From contig CAJWAI010000002.1 of the NCBI GenBank assembly GCA_913020145.1, positions 11,667 to 75,666 on the forward strand: a stretch of 64,000 nucleotides of DNA, written 5' to 3'. The position numbers and the translations under genes were made by a program. The notes beneath the pieces were generated by a model. That model ran no database searches, was not told the origin of the DNA, and worked only from the letters and a program-made list of their open reading frames with translations. Origin of the DNA: an uncultured Gammaproteobacteria bacterium. Its GTDB lineage: Bacteria > Pseudomonadota > Gammaproteobacteria > Magnimaribacterales > TMED112. Shown here piece by piece: positions 46,135 to 55,189 of this stretch; the stretch's first letter is position 1; every line of letters begins with the position of its first letter.

Positions 46135-47583
46135 ATGAATCTTCCTCTGCCTTATAGTTATTGCAAGTTAAATAAAGTAACAATCACTAATGAAAATAAT
46201 CATTCAACTTTACATGTCTGTGGTGAATTAAAGCCAATCATTTTATCTTCAATTCAGAATTTATTTGCCGATAGTGTTGAGAAGAAGACTTATTCTGATG
46301 ATGATTTTCAAAGTCTATTAACAGAGCTCTACACAGACAAAACTGAAGATTTAGATTTTTCGGAACTAGATAACCTAGATTTAGCAGATATTGCTAATTC
46401 TATTTCTCCATCTGACGATCTTCTAGATGATAAAAATAAAGGACCAATTATTAAATTAATTAATGCAACAATTACTAAAGCTATAAAAGCTAGATCATCT
46501 GATATCCATTTAGAGCCATTTGAAAATAAATTAAGCATACGATTTAGGGTCGATGGAGTATTAAGAGAAGTATTACAGTATCAAAAAAATATAACTCAGA
46601 TGATTATTTCAAGAATAAAAATTATGTCTAAATTAGATATATCTGAAAGAAGGTTACCTCAAGATGGACGAATTTCGATATCAATAGGTAAAAGAGAGGT
46701 TGATTTACGTGTGTCCACGTTGCCGTCATCATTCGGGGAACGTGTTGTTCTTAGAATACTTGAAAAAGATAAAACCCATATAAATTTAAATGATCTCGGC
46801 TTTTCTAGTGAAACTCTGGATAGCTTTAAAAAAGGTCTTTCTAAAACAGAGGGCATTATTCTCGTTACTGGTCCAACCGGCTCAGGAAAAACAACATCCT
46901 TATATGCAGGATTAAAAGAAATCTCAGATAGATCTCAAAATATACTTACTATTGAAGATCCAGTTGAATATGCTCTTGATGGAATAGGGCAGACTCAGGT
47001 AAATAATAAAACGGGCTTAACATTTGCAAAAGGCCTAAGAGCTATTCTTAGACAAGATCCTGATATTGTAATGGTCGGTGAAATAAGAGATAAAGAGACA
47101 GCTGAAATTGCTATACAAGCCAGCTTAACTGGACATTTAGTTCTATCAACTGTTCACACAAATAGTGCTGTTAATGCAATTACTAGATTAAGAGATATGG
47201 GCATTGAACCATATCTACTATCATCAAGTTTAGTCTATGTCTTATCACAAAGATTAGTAAGAAAACTTTGTGATAAATGTAAGGTTGTAGACGAAGATCA
47301 TAAGAGTTTAAGCATTCTGCAAAAATATAATATTAGTGAAGTTATTTATAAAAGTTGTGGTTGTGATGAATGTGAACATACAGGATTTAAGGGACGTCTA
47401 AGTGTAGGTGAACATATTTTAATGGATGAGACAATAAGTGACTTGATCCATAAATCTGCATCTGAAAATGAAATAGCTGATTACGCTTATTCAAATAATA
47501 AAAAACTTTTTGAGAATGCATTATTAACATTGAAAGATGGTAAAACTTCATTATCCGAGTTACTTAGAATTACAGAAGACTAA
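46135..47583 (+). CDS. gspE: Type II secretion ATPase
   Basis: Walker A GPTGSGKTT, Asp box, Walker B IVMVGEIRD, His box, tetracysteine CDKC...CGCDEC. Confidence 0.9.
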   Translation: MNLPLPYSYCKLNKVTITNENNHSTLHVCGELKPIILSSIQNLFADSVEKKTYSDDDFQSLLTELYTDKTEDLDFSELDNLDLADIANSISPSDDLLDDKNKGPIIKLINATITKAIKARSSDIHLEPFENKLSIRFRVDGVLREVLQYQKNITQMIISRIKIMSKLDISERRLPQDGRISISIGKREVDLRVSTLPSSFGERVVLRILEKDKTHINLNDLGFSSETLDSFKKGLSKTEGIILVTGPTGSGKTTSLYAGLKEISDRSQNILTIEDPVEYALDGIGQTQVNNKTGLTFAKGLRAILRQDPDIVMVGEIRDKETAEIAIQASLTGHLVLSTVHTNSAVNAITRLRDMGIEPYLLSSSLVYVLSQRLVRKLCDKCKVVDEDHKSLSILQKYNISEVIYKSCGCDECEHTGFKGRLSVGEHILMDETISDLIHKSASENEIADYAYSNNKKLFENALLTLKDGKTSLSELLRITED

Positions 47584-48779
47584 TGGCAACCTTTAAATAT
47601 TTAGCCTTTAATGGCCAAGAAAAAAAAATTAGAGGCTATATTAATGCCACTGATCAAGTAGAGGCTATTTCAATGTTGCAAAGTAAGGGTTTAAATCCTT
47701 TATCAGTTACTCAGAGTGAACAAAAAAAATCAAAAATTAAAATCTCGACAAGAGATCTTTCTATTTTTACTAAACAAATGTCAGCATTACTTTCAGCTGG
47801 AACACCATTAGAAAAATCACTTGAATTACTAAGTCTACAAACTAACAATAATAAATTTTCACAGGTTTTACTTAATATTATGGAAGATGTTACTGAAGGT
47901 AATAGCTTAAGTTCTTCTTTAAAAAAATTTCCTAGAATATTTGATGAAATATACACTTCAACTATTTACGCTGGTGAAACATCAGCTGCACTTGCTGAGG
48001 TCTTTTCTGACCTATCTGAATATTTAGATAAGGAAACACAGATTAAATCTCAAGTTACTGGTGCACTTGTATACCCAAGTATCTTATTTTTTGTTTCATT
48101 AGCAGTAATATACGCTCTATTAACCTTTGTTTTGCCACAAGTAGTCGAACAATTTGTTTCTTCTAATGTTTCATTGCCTCTGTTAACACAAATACTACTA
48201 AACTTCTCAGCTGTTTTTCCTTATATAGTTTTTTCCTTCTTAGGAATATTTGCAAGTTGTTATTTCTTACTGCAATCAAATTTTCTCTCAACTGAATTTA
48301 AATTAAGTGTCTCAAAACTTTTTCTTAAGACTCCACTATTTGGACAGATCATACTATTTGATCAAACTGCTAGATTCTGCTCATCAATGAGATTAATGAC
48401 AAAAGCAGGTTTAAATACAATTGATAGTCTTCATATTGCGAAAGATACTTTTAAAAATAAGTATTTAAAGAATGAAGTAAGTATAGTCGTTAGCAAAGTT
48501 AATGCTGGGACATCAATCAGCCAAGCCTTTGCACTATCTAAAATTTTTCCTACTGTATTTCATCAACTTCTTAGTTCTGGTGATATGGGAAGTCAAATAA
48601 GTGAAATGTTTGAAAAGATTAAAAATTTTCTTGATCAGGAGGTAGAAACAAGAAGAAATGTATTACTTACACTCTTGCAGCCAATTGTAATATTAACAAT
48701 GGGCGTATTTGTAATGCTTATTGTTTTGGCAATAATGTTGCCTTTATTACAAATGAATAATTTAATATTCAATATATGA
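47583..48779 (+). CDS. gspF: Type II secretion inner-membrane platform protein
   Basis: 398 aa with two GspF-type repeats and 3 TMs. Shares a TAATG junction with gspE. Confidence 0.85.
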   Translation: MATFKYLAFNGQEKKIRGYINATDQVEAISMLQSKGLNPLSVTQSEQKKSKIKISTRDLSIFTKQMSALLSAGTPLEKSLELLSLQTNNNKFSQVLLNIMEDVTEGNSLSSSLKKFPRIFDEIYTSTIYAGETSAALAEVFSDLSEYLDKETQIKSQVTGALVYPSILFFVSLAVIYALLTFVLPQVVEQFVSSNVSLPLLTQILLNFSAVFPYIVFSFLGIFASCYFLLQSNFLSTEFKLSVSKLFLKTPLFGQIILFDQTARFCSSMRLMTKAGLNTIDSLHIAKDTFKNKYLKNEVSIVVSKVNAGTSISQAFALSKIFPTVFHQLLSSGDMGSQISEMFEKIKNFLDQEVETRRNVLLTLLQPIVILTMGVFVMLIVLAIMLPLLQMNNLIFNI

Positions 48780-49204
48780 AAAAATTACTTAAAAAAGGTT
48801 TTACTTTATTAGAGTTGCTTATAGTCATCGTCATTATGGGATTATTAGTTTCTCTTGTATCTCTTAACTTATTTCCAACATTGAATAATGCTTATGTAGA
48901 AGTTGCAAAGACTGATATTAAAAAAATAGAGCAAGCAGTGCTCATGTTTAAACTTAGTGAAGGATCCTACCCTACACAGCAGCAAGGCATAAAAAGTTTA
49001 AAGGAAAATCCAGGTAATCTTAAAAGACCTGGTAAATATCCTTCTGGTGGCTTCATAAACAAACTTCCTAAAGATCCTTGGGGTAATGATTATGTGTATA
49101 TCTACCCAGGACAATATGGTGAATTTGACATTATCTCTTACGGCGCAGATGGACAACCTGGTGGAGAAGGGGAAAATGCAGATATCAACAGCTCAACTCA
49201 ATAA
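48776..49204 (+). CDS. gspG: Type II secretion major pseudopilin
   Basis: Prepilin leader MKKLLKKG/FTLLELLIV (Glu+5). DPWGNDYVY and GADGQPGGEGENADI Ca-site region. Confidence 0.9.
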   Translation: MKKLLKKGFTLLELLIVIVIMGLLVSLVSLNLFPTLNNAYVEVAKTDIKKIEQAVLMFKLSEGSYPTQQQGIKSLKENPGNLKRPGKYPSGGFINKLPKDPWGNDYVYIYPGQYGEFDIISYGADGQPGGEGENADINSSTQ

Positions 49205-49574
49205 AGGCTTTACTTTACTTGAAATAATTATTGTTCTGACAATAATCTCCCTTGCATCAACATCTTTTTATCTACTGTTGCGACAACCAGTCCCTGAAGA
49301 AAGTCTCACGGACAAGATTACGCACCTCCAAGAAAATAGTCTTTATACAGGCTTAACTTTTTCTTTTACAAAAGACTCAATCAAAATATACAAAAAGGGT
49401 GAATGGGTTAAATTTGAAGATTTTGATACATCGTATGTACAAAGCTATGAAGATAGTAATGGTCAAAATAGACAAATTAAAGAGGATGAAATGTACTTAA
49501 TAATAGCCCCTGGAAATCAAACTTCTGTACAAAAAATTACACTAAATAACAATGAGTCAATTGAAATTAATTAA
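49176..49574 (+). CDS. gspH: Type II secretion minor pseudopilin GspH
   Basis: MQISTAQLNKG/FTLLEIIIV prepilin signal. ATG 49176 chosen; the ORF-track start at 49086 adds 30 non-pilin residues inside gspG. Confidence 0.7.
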   Translation: MQISTAQLNKGFTLLEIIIVLTIISLASTSFYLLLRQPVPEESLTDKITHLQENSLYTGLTFSFTKDSIKIYKKGEWVKFEDFDTSYVQSYEDSNGQNRQIKEDEMYLIIAPGNQTSVQKITLNNNESIEIN

Positions 49575-49896
49575 TTACAGAGGCGGATTTAGCCTACTAG
49601 AGGTTGTAATATCTTTGTTGATTATATCGGTTACCTTTCTAGCTTATGGTCAATTGATTGAACAAAATTTAAGAGCACAGGATCTCAAACAGAATTTTAT
49701 TGATGATCACCAACTAAAAACAAATGTTCTAACAATATATGTTGCTAACCCTAGGATTGATAATGGCCAGATTAGAGAACTTCTAGACCTAGATTCAATT
49801 TCTCATAGGCAACTAAGCAGATACAATGCTCTTGTCGAAATTGAGATCAAATTCGAAAAAGATTCTGATAAATTCTCATTCAAAGTTATTCAATGA
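49552..49896 (+). CDS. gspI: Type II secretion minor pseudopilin GspI
   Basis: Prepilin signal ...YRGG/FSLLEVVISL. Size and position fit. Confidence 0.7.
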   Translation: MSQLKLINYRGGFSLLEVVISLLIISVTFLAYGQLIEQNLRAQDLKQNFIDDHQLKTNVLTIYVANPRIDNGQIRELLDLDSISHRQLSRYNALVEIEIKFEKDSDKFSFKVIQ

Positions 49897-50477
49897 AATT
49901 AACTAAAGGATTTACTTTAATTGAAATTCTTGTTGCCTTATTGGCAGCATCAATCATTTCAATTATGTCCTTTGAATTTCTTTCCAATAGTGTATTTCTT
50001 AAAGAAAGAGTCGATGTAAACATTAAAAGAGATTCTGAACACATTAATACCATTAACACTATTCGTTTAGATCTAATGCAGGCAGTGCCATTTGATATGA
50101 AAGATCAGAATGGCCGTAACCTTGATCTTTCTTTTATAGGAAATTCTTCAAATCGCCTTATGACATTTGTTTCCTTAAGCACAAGTGATCATCTACGATC
50201 AGTTTCTAAGCTACGAAGAATCATTTATTTATATGAAGATAATCAACTGATTAGAATTACAACTCTATCTAATAAAGAGCAGGTCGAAACATCACGTAAG
50301 ATTTTAATAAAAAACATAAATAATTTAGAAGTTCGTTTTGGTGAAGAATTGGATGATGCAGAAATTGACTGGCCAAATTTGCAATATAGTTCAATTATAG
50401 ATTTTCCAAGATATATCTATTTCTCTTATGAAATTGATAATTCTCAATATCAGCAAGTATTTAGTACATTCAAATGA
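49893..50477 (+). CDS. gspJ: Type II secretion minor pseudopilin GspJ
   Basis: MKLTKG/FTLIEILVAL prepilin signal. 194 aa. Position fits. Confidence 0.7.
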   Translation: MKLTKGFTLIEILVALLAASIISIMSFEFLSNSVFLKERVDVNIKRDSEHINTINTIRLDLMQAVPFDMKDQNGRNLDLSFIGNSSNRLMTFVSLSTSDHLRSVSKLRRIIYLYEDNQLIRITTLSNKEQVETSRKILIKNINNLEVRFGEELDDAEIDWPNLQYSSIIDFPRYIYFSYEIDNSQYQQVFSTFK

Positions 50478-51409
50478 AAAAAGGTTTTGTTTTAATATCA
50501 ACATTAGCTCTAATACTTATTCTTAGTTTTTTAGTCTTAGTGCTTAGCAGAACTATCTATACAGACACTTTAAAGACAAATATCTATTCAACATCAATAG
50601 AGAAGCGTATTGAATTAATTAATACAGAAAAAATTCTTATTGATACTTTTATCAGTAATTCAGATAGATTAAGAAATGTAGAATTTGCAGAAGGTGAGCT
50701 CAATTTTATAATAAACACTAAGATCCCTGATTTATTAATTGAGCTGAATGATTTATCCACATGTTTTAACTTAAATTCTTTAGTTAAGCCATTTAGAAAT
50801 ATCTATGTAAAAAATGAATTAGTTGGCGAACGTTTTAAGAATTTCTTAAAAATTAATGAAATTGATAGAAATAAACATAGAGAATTTTTAGATCGCTTAT
50901 ATGATTCACTTGATACAGATAGTCTGCCTGAGCCATTTGGTGCAGAGGATTTGTTTTATATTGCTAATGAAAACTTATCATTAAGTCCTGATCAGCCTTA
51001 TTTGCATAAAAGTCAAATAAAAAATTTATCGTTGCTTACTGATAACGAAATATTTCAAATTTATCCAAATATTTGTGCGCTTCCACATAATGAATTGCAA
51101 TTCAATATAAATGGCCTAAACGAACAAAATTATTTAGTTCTATTAGCAATGTCTCCTAACTTATCTTTTAATGACATAGAGAAACTGATAATTAATAGGC
51201 CTCCACAAGGCTATATAAGCTTTGCAAATGTTATCAACCTCTCTGGTATCAGTGAAGATCGAATTGATAGTTCTCTATTGATATATAAACCAGAATACCT
51301 GCAAATTAACTATACTTTTGATTTAGAAGGACAATTTTTTCATTTTTACAGTGTAATAAGTTTAAAAACAAGAAATAATAACCTTATCCATAGAAGTACA
51401 TCATTATGA
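50474..51409 (+). CDS. gspK: Type II secretion minor pseudopilin GspK
   Basis: MKKG/FVLISTLAL leader lacking Glu+5, as is typical for GspK. 311 aa. Position fits. Confidence 0.65.
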   Translation: MKKGFVLISTLALILILSFLVLVLSRTIYTDTLKTNIYSTSIEKRIELINTEKILIDTFISNSDRLRNVEFAEGELNFIINTKIPDLLIELNDLSTCFNLNSLVKPFRNIYVKNELVGERFKNFLKINEIDRNKHREFLDRLYDSLDTDSLPEPFGAEDLFYIANENLSLSPDQPYLHKSQIKNLSLLTDNEIFQIYPNICALPHNELQFNINGLNEQNYLVLLAMSPNLSFNDIEKLIINRPPQGYISFANVINLSGISEDRIDSSLLIYKPEYLQINYTFDLEGQFFHFYSVISLKTRNNNLIHRSTSL

Positions 51410-52434
51410 AGATTTTTTTATTTATTGATCAATCCTTAGAATCAGGACATTTAATTAGCGACGACAAAAATAAGAAAGTTAAGTTAGATGAGTTGAAAGA
51501 TTTTAATGATATTTTATTTGTTTTACCTAATGAGACCTTAACTTTCGTTAAACATGATGGAAATCTTAAGAATACAAAGAATTTGCATGCTTCTATTATC
51601 AATTCAGTAAATGTCATTGATTTTGATGAAAGGTCTGAATTACAAGTACTTGGCTCATCAAATTCGCAAAACTTTTTTACGATTAAAAAAGATTACTTAA
51701 ATTTATTAAAGGAAAGGTTTAAGCGTGCAGAAACTAAAATTAAGCTGACTTCTGATTTGCTTTTTTTTAAAGAAATATTTAATACCGATATTAGTTTTAA
51801 TAAATCAATTTTTTATAAAGAGGGTGGAGATGTTATTAAGTTAACTGAACAGGCATTTTCTTTGCTTGAACAAACAAATTTAGAAATAGCCCCTAAATTT
51901 CTTGATGATTTAAAAGTAGATGATGATGCAAAAATTACTTTTCATGAGTTCGATTTATTTAATTTTCAAAATACCTTTGGTTTTAGTGCAATTAAGAAAT
52001 GGATTTATGCAGCAATATCTTTAATTGTTTTACTTAATGTAATTGGTTTAGTTAACATCATGTCTAATTGGAACCAAATAAAAAAAATGGATAGCATGTT
52101 GGCGGAAATGTATTTATCAATTTATCCAGATGATGATGTTATCTCACTCGATGAACAAATTGCAGCAAAGTTTAATACTCCTCCTGAGAATACAACTTCT
52201 ACCACTTCAAAGGTCTCACAATTAATTTTAGATATTGCTAGTACAGCACAAATTATTGAGCTCAGTTTTACTGATGAACAAGACCAATATTTATTTATAA
52301 AATGTATATTTAAAAAGTTATCTGAAGAACAAATATTCATAGAAAATCAACAGAATAATAATCTAACTGTATCTGTCGTTGATAGGGTAGATAGTAAAGA
52401 TATAGTAATTACACAATTTAAATATGAATTATAA
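51406..52434 (+). CDS. gspL: Type II secretion protein GspL (bitopic, cytoplasmic actin-like domain)
   Basis: 342 aa with a single central TM (WIYAAISLIVLLNVIGLV). Lies after gspK. Assigned by order and topology. Confidence 0.55.
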   Translation: MKIFLFIDQSLESGHLISDDKNKKVKLDELKDFNDILFVLPNETLTFVKHDGNLKNTKNLHASIINSVNVIDFDERSELQVLGSSNSQNFFTIKKDYLNLLKERFKRAETKIKLTSDLLFFKEIFNTDISFNKSIFYKEGGDVIKLTEQAFSLLEQTNLEIAPKFLDDLKVDDDAKITFHEFDLFNFQNTFGFSAIKKWIYAAISLIVLLNVIGLVNIMSNWNQIKKMDSMLAEMYLSIYPDDDVISLDEQIAAKFNTPPENTTSTTSKVSQLILDIASTAQIIELSFTDEQDQYLFIKCIFKKLSEEQIFIENQQNNNLTVSVVDRVDSKDIVITQFKYEL

Positions 52435-52837
52435 GTTTTCAAATAGAGAAAAAATATTGATAAAAATTCTTGGTGTTTTATCTGTAATATTTTTAGTCTA
52501 TTTTGTTGAAATAAAAATACTTTCTGGTCTTGCGGATTCTAGAGACGCACTTCGCAACAAAGTACAAAACTTTAATACTACAAAACAACAATTAGCACAA
52601 CTTAAAGCATATCGAGATGAAGTTATTAATCCAAATTCAACTACAAAATTTTCTACTCACTTAGAATTAAATAAATACTTAAATCAAGGTAGTGGGGATA
52701 TATTCAAAGTAAGTATGCTCACAACTAATGATCTATTAGAGTTGTTAAGATTTATGCATGGTCTAAACTTAAATACTATTGATATAAAATTAGTTGACGA
52801 AAATAACTATATATTGAATGTAAGCTTTAATGATTAG
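52424..52837 (+). CDS. gspM: Type II secretion protein GspM
   Basis: 137 aa with an N-terminal TM (ILGVLSVIFLVYFV). Assigned by position and topology. Confidence 0.5.
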   Translation: MNYKFSNREKILIKILGVLSVIFLVYFVEIKILSGLADSRDALRNKVQNFNTTKQQLAQLKAYRDEVINPNSTTKFSTHLELNKYLNQGSGDIFKVSMLTTNDLLELLRFMHGLNLNTIDIKLVDENNYILNVSFND

Positions 52838-53489
52838 ATTTTTAATTGCCTTTATTGTTATTGTCCTTTTATTGGGCCTTTCTTTATTTTTTGTACCAAT
52901 AGATACATTACTTAAAAGATTTAATACCTCATCTGCAGTAAGTTATTCCCTTGCCGAGGGAAATCTTTTTAATGGAAGAATAAATGATGTTTCCTATAAG
53001 ACGTCTGAAGATGCAGTGCCACTAGATCTTGGTGACTATTTTTATGATGGCAACATCCAGTTTACCGGTATTAAAGTAACATTTAATAATGAGGATAGCA
53101 GTACCTTAGGAGTTGTAAAAACAAACTTTTTTAATGGCAATCTATATCTAGAAGATTTTTCTACCAAAACCGAATACAAGACCAATGGACTAGGTATGTT
53201 AGGACTAAAAGTTGAGATTGATAAATTAACAATGAATGATGGATTATGTAGCTCTATAACAGGCACAATGTCGTTATCAAATGATTCATTTAACGAAGTT
53301 GTAAAGGGCGACATAAAATGCCTAGAGAATAATATATATGAAGCTGATCTATTTAATTCTAATAATGTTGAAATGGGAACAATAATCTACAGGCCGGGTT
53401 TTATAGATTTAGAAATTGAAACGGCTATTTTAAAAGCAGATGTATCAGTCTTTTTAGGAAAAAGAATGGGCTTTACAATTCCCCTTTAA
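52830..53489 (+). CDS. Type II secretion protein GspN-like
   Basis: 219 aa with an N-terminal TM. Last gene of the cluster. Assigned by position and topology. Confidence 0.45.
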   Translation: MIRFLIAFIVIVLLLGLSLFFVPIDTLLKRFNTSSAVSYSLAEGNLFNGRINDVSYKTSEDAVPLDLGDYFYDGNIQFTGIKVTFNNEDSSTLGVVKTNFFNGNLYLEDFSTKTEYKTNGLGMLGLKVEIDKLTMNDGLCSSITGTMSLSNDSFNEVVKGDIKCLENNIYEADLFNSNNVEMGTIIYRPGFIDLEIETAILKADVSVFLGKRMGFTIPL

Positions 53490-54300
53490 TAACTTTCTTA
53501 ATTAATCCATCTGATATGCTCCAAAAACTGTTTTCAATAGTCTGAGCACCAATACTAGTTAAAAATAATAAGTAAATTTCCGCAGCTATAGGAACTATAT
53601 CTATTCTATCCTCTGGGATTTCATAAGTATCAAGAAGTACTTTTTCTTCTATTTGATTATAGGTTTTGACTAAATTTTTAAGCTTAGCTACTTCAATTAC
53701 ACCTGTATGGTTATTTGCTTGCATTATTGCCCTTAAATTTCCTCCTAAACCGAAAGTTGTAGATACTGGCTTGAATTTTTCGAGCCAACTACTAAATTCT
53801 CTCATTGCTTCATTTCTAGCGTTTTGATCTAGATTGAGAAGTCTAACCGCACCCAGTTGGAAGGACTCATAATGGATTTTACCTGTCTTATTTATGCATA
53901 CTTCAACGCTACCACCGCCAATATCAATAACTGCAGAATCCTGAATATTTTTATTAAAATCTATTAGTAACGATGCCTCTTGCTTACCTGTAAGAATTTT
54001 TAAGTTAATATCTAATTCCTTTAATTTTTCAGTCAAATAATGAGAATTACTGGAATCTCTTACAGCAGATGTGGCTATAAAATATGACTGTTCTACATTT
54101 CTTTCAATAAAAATCTTTGAGTAACTTTCGAGTAAATCAATCAGCGCATTAATTGTTATTTCTGATAACTTATTGTTATTAAATACATCTCTTCCTAGTC
54201 TCAATGGTTCTCTATAATATTCAAGTAACTCAAAATTTTCTGAATTGAAAATCTTATATTTAACAGCATTAGATCCAATATCAACAATAGAAATTTTCAT
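53473..54300 (-). CDS. Ppx/GppA family phosphatase, short two-domain form
   Basis: ASKHA-fold motifs IVDIGSNAVK and VIDIGGGSVE. 275 aa, so it lacks the C-terminal HD-like domains of long exopolyphosphatases. Confidence 0.75.
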   Translation of the reverse strand: MKISIVDIGSNAVKYKIFNSENFELLEYYREPLRLGRDVFNNNKLSEITINALIDLLESYSKIFIERNVEQSYFIATSAVRDSSNSHYLTEKLKELDINLKILTGKQEASLLIDFNKNIQDSAVIDIGGGSVEVCINKTGKIHYESFQLGAVRLLNLDQNARNEAMREFSSWLEKFKPVSTTFGLGGNLRAIMQANNHTGVIEVAKLKNLVKTYNQIEEKVLLDTYEIPEDRIDIVPIAAEIYLLFLTSIGAQTIENSFWSISDGLIKKVIKGEL

Positions 54301-54305
54301 GAAAG

Positions 54306-55139
54306 TTAATCTGAAAAGGGCGCTAATATTTTATATTGCTCATAGGTAAGATTCTCAAACAATACTCCTTCTATATAGCATGAATATTGTCCAATATCCT
54401 CACCCCATTTAGGCGGTTCAAGTATTTTTTTTCGGTTGTAATCAAGTGTATTAAGAATATAACGCAGTGCACTTAACCTTGCTATCATTTTGTTATTGGC
54501 ATTAATAACAATCCAAGGAGAATTTGCTCTTGCAGTAACGTCAAACATTTGATTCTTATATAAAGTGAAAACATCCCACTTGTTAACCATGCGTTTATCT
54601 GAGTCAGATAGCTTCCAATATTTAAGTTTGCTATGTTTTCTTGCTGAGAGTCGTCTTTTTTGTTGATCTTTATCGATAGAAAAATAAAACTTAACTACTT
54701 CCAAACCATTTTTAATAAGTTTGTCTTCCCACTTATTTACATTATTCATGAAATCTTCATATTGGGGTTTTGTGCAATATCCTAACGTTGGTTCAGTTAA
54801 GGCGCGTGTATACCAAGACCTATCAAATAAAACTAACTTTCCCTCGTCGGGCAACTCTTTCTCCCATCGTTGAAACCATTCTTTTTTTTCTTTAGCTGTA
54901 GGTATGCCTAAGTGCACATAACGAAAATTTGATGGTCTGAGATGTTCAGAAAAGAAATTAATTGTGGATGATTTTCCAGCGGTATCTCTGCCTTCAAAAC
55001 ACAACGCTATTCTTCTTTTATTTTTAATTACATCTTCTTGAAGTTTGAGCAATTCAACTTGAAGATTGTATTTTTCCTTCCTGTATATGATTGGACCTAA
55101 GGATTTGTATTGCTCAAATTTGTACTCAATAACGCTCAT
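54306..55139 (-). CDS. ppk2: Polyphosphate kinase 2 (single-domain PPK2)
   Basis: FEGRDTAGKSSTI Walker A, FDRSWY, lid region. 277 aa. Confidence 0.9.
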   Translation of the reverse strand: MSVIEYKFEQYKSLGPIIYRKEKYNLQVELLKLQEDVIKNKRRIALCFEGRDTAGKSSTINFFSEHLRPSNFRYVHLGIPTAKEKKEWFQRWEKELPDEGKLVLFDRSWYTRALTEPTLGYCTKPQYEDFMNNVNKWEDKLIKNGLEVVKFYFSIDKDQQKRRLSARKHSKLKYWKLSDSDKRMVNKWDVFTLYKNQMFDVTARANSPWIVINANNKMIARLSALRYILNTLDYNRKKILEPPKWGEDIGQYSCYIEGVLFENLTYEQYKILAPFSD

Positions 55140-55189
55140 GTAAACTTCTAGAAAAGAGGGTATAGTATAAACAAATATCAGACTTATAA

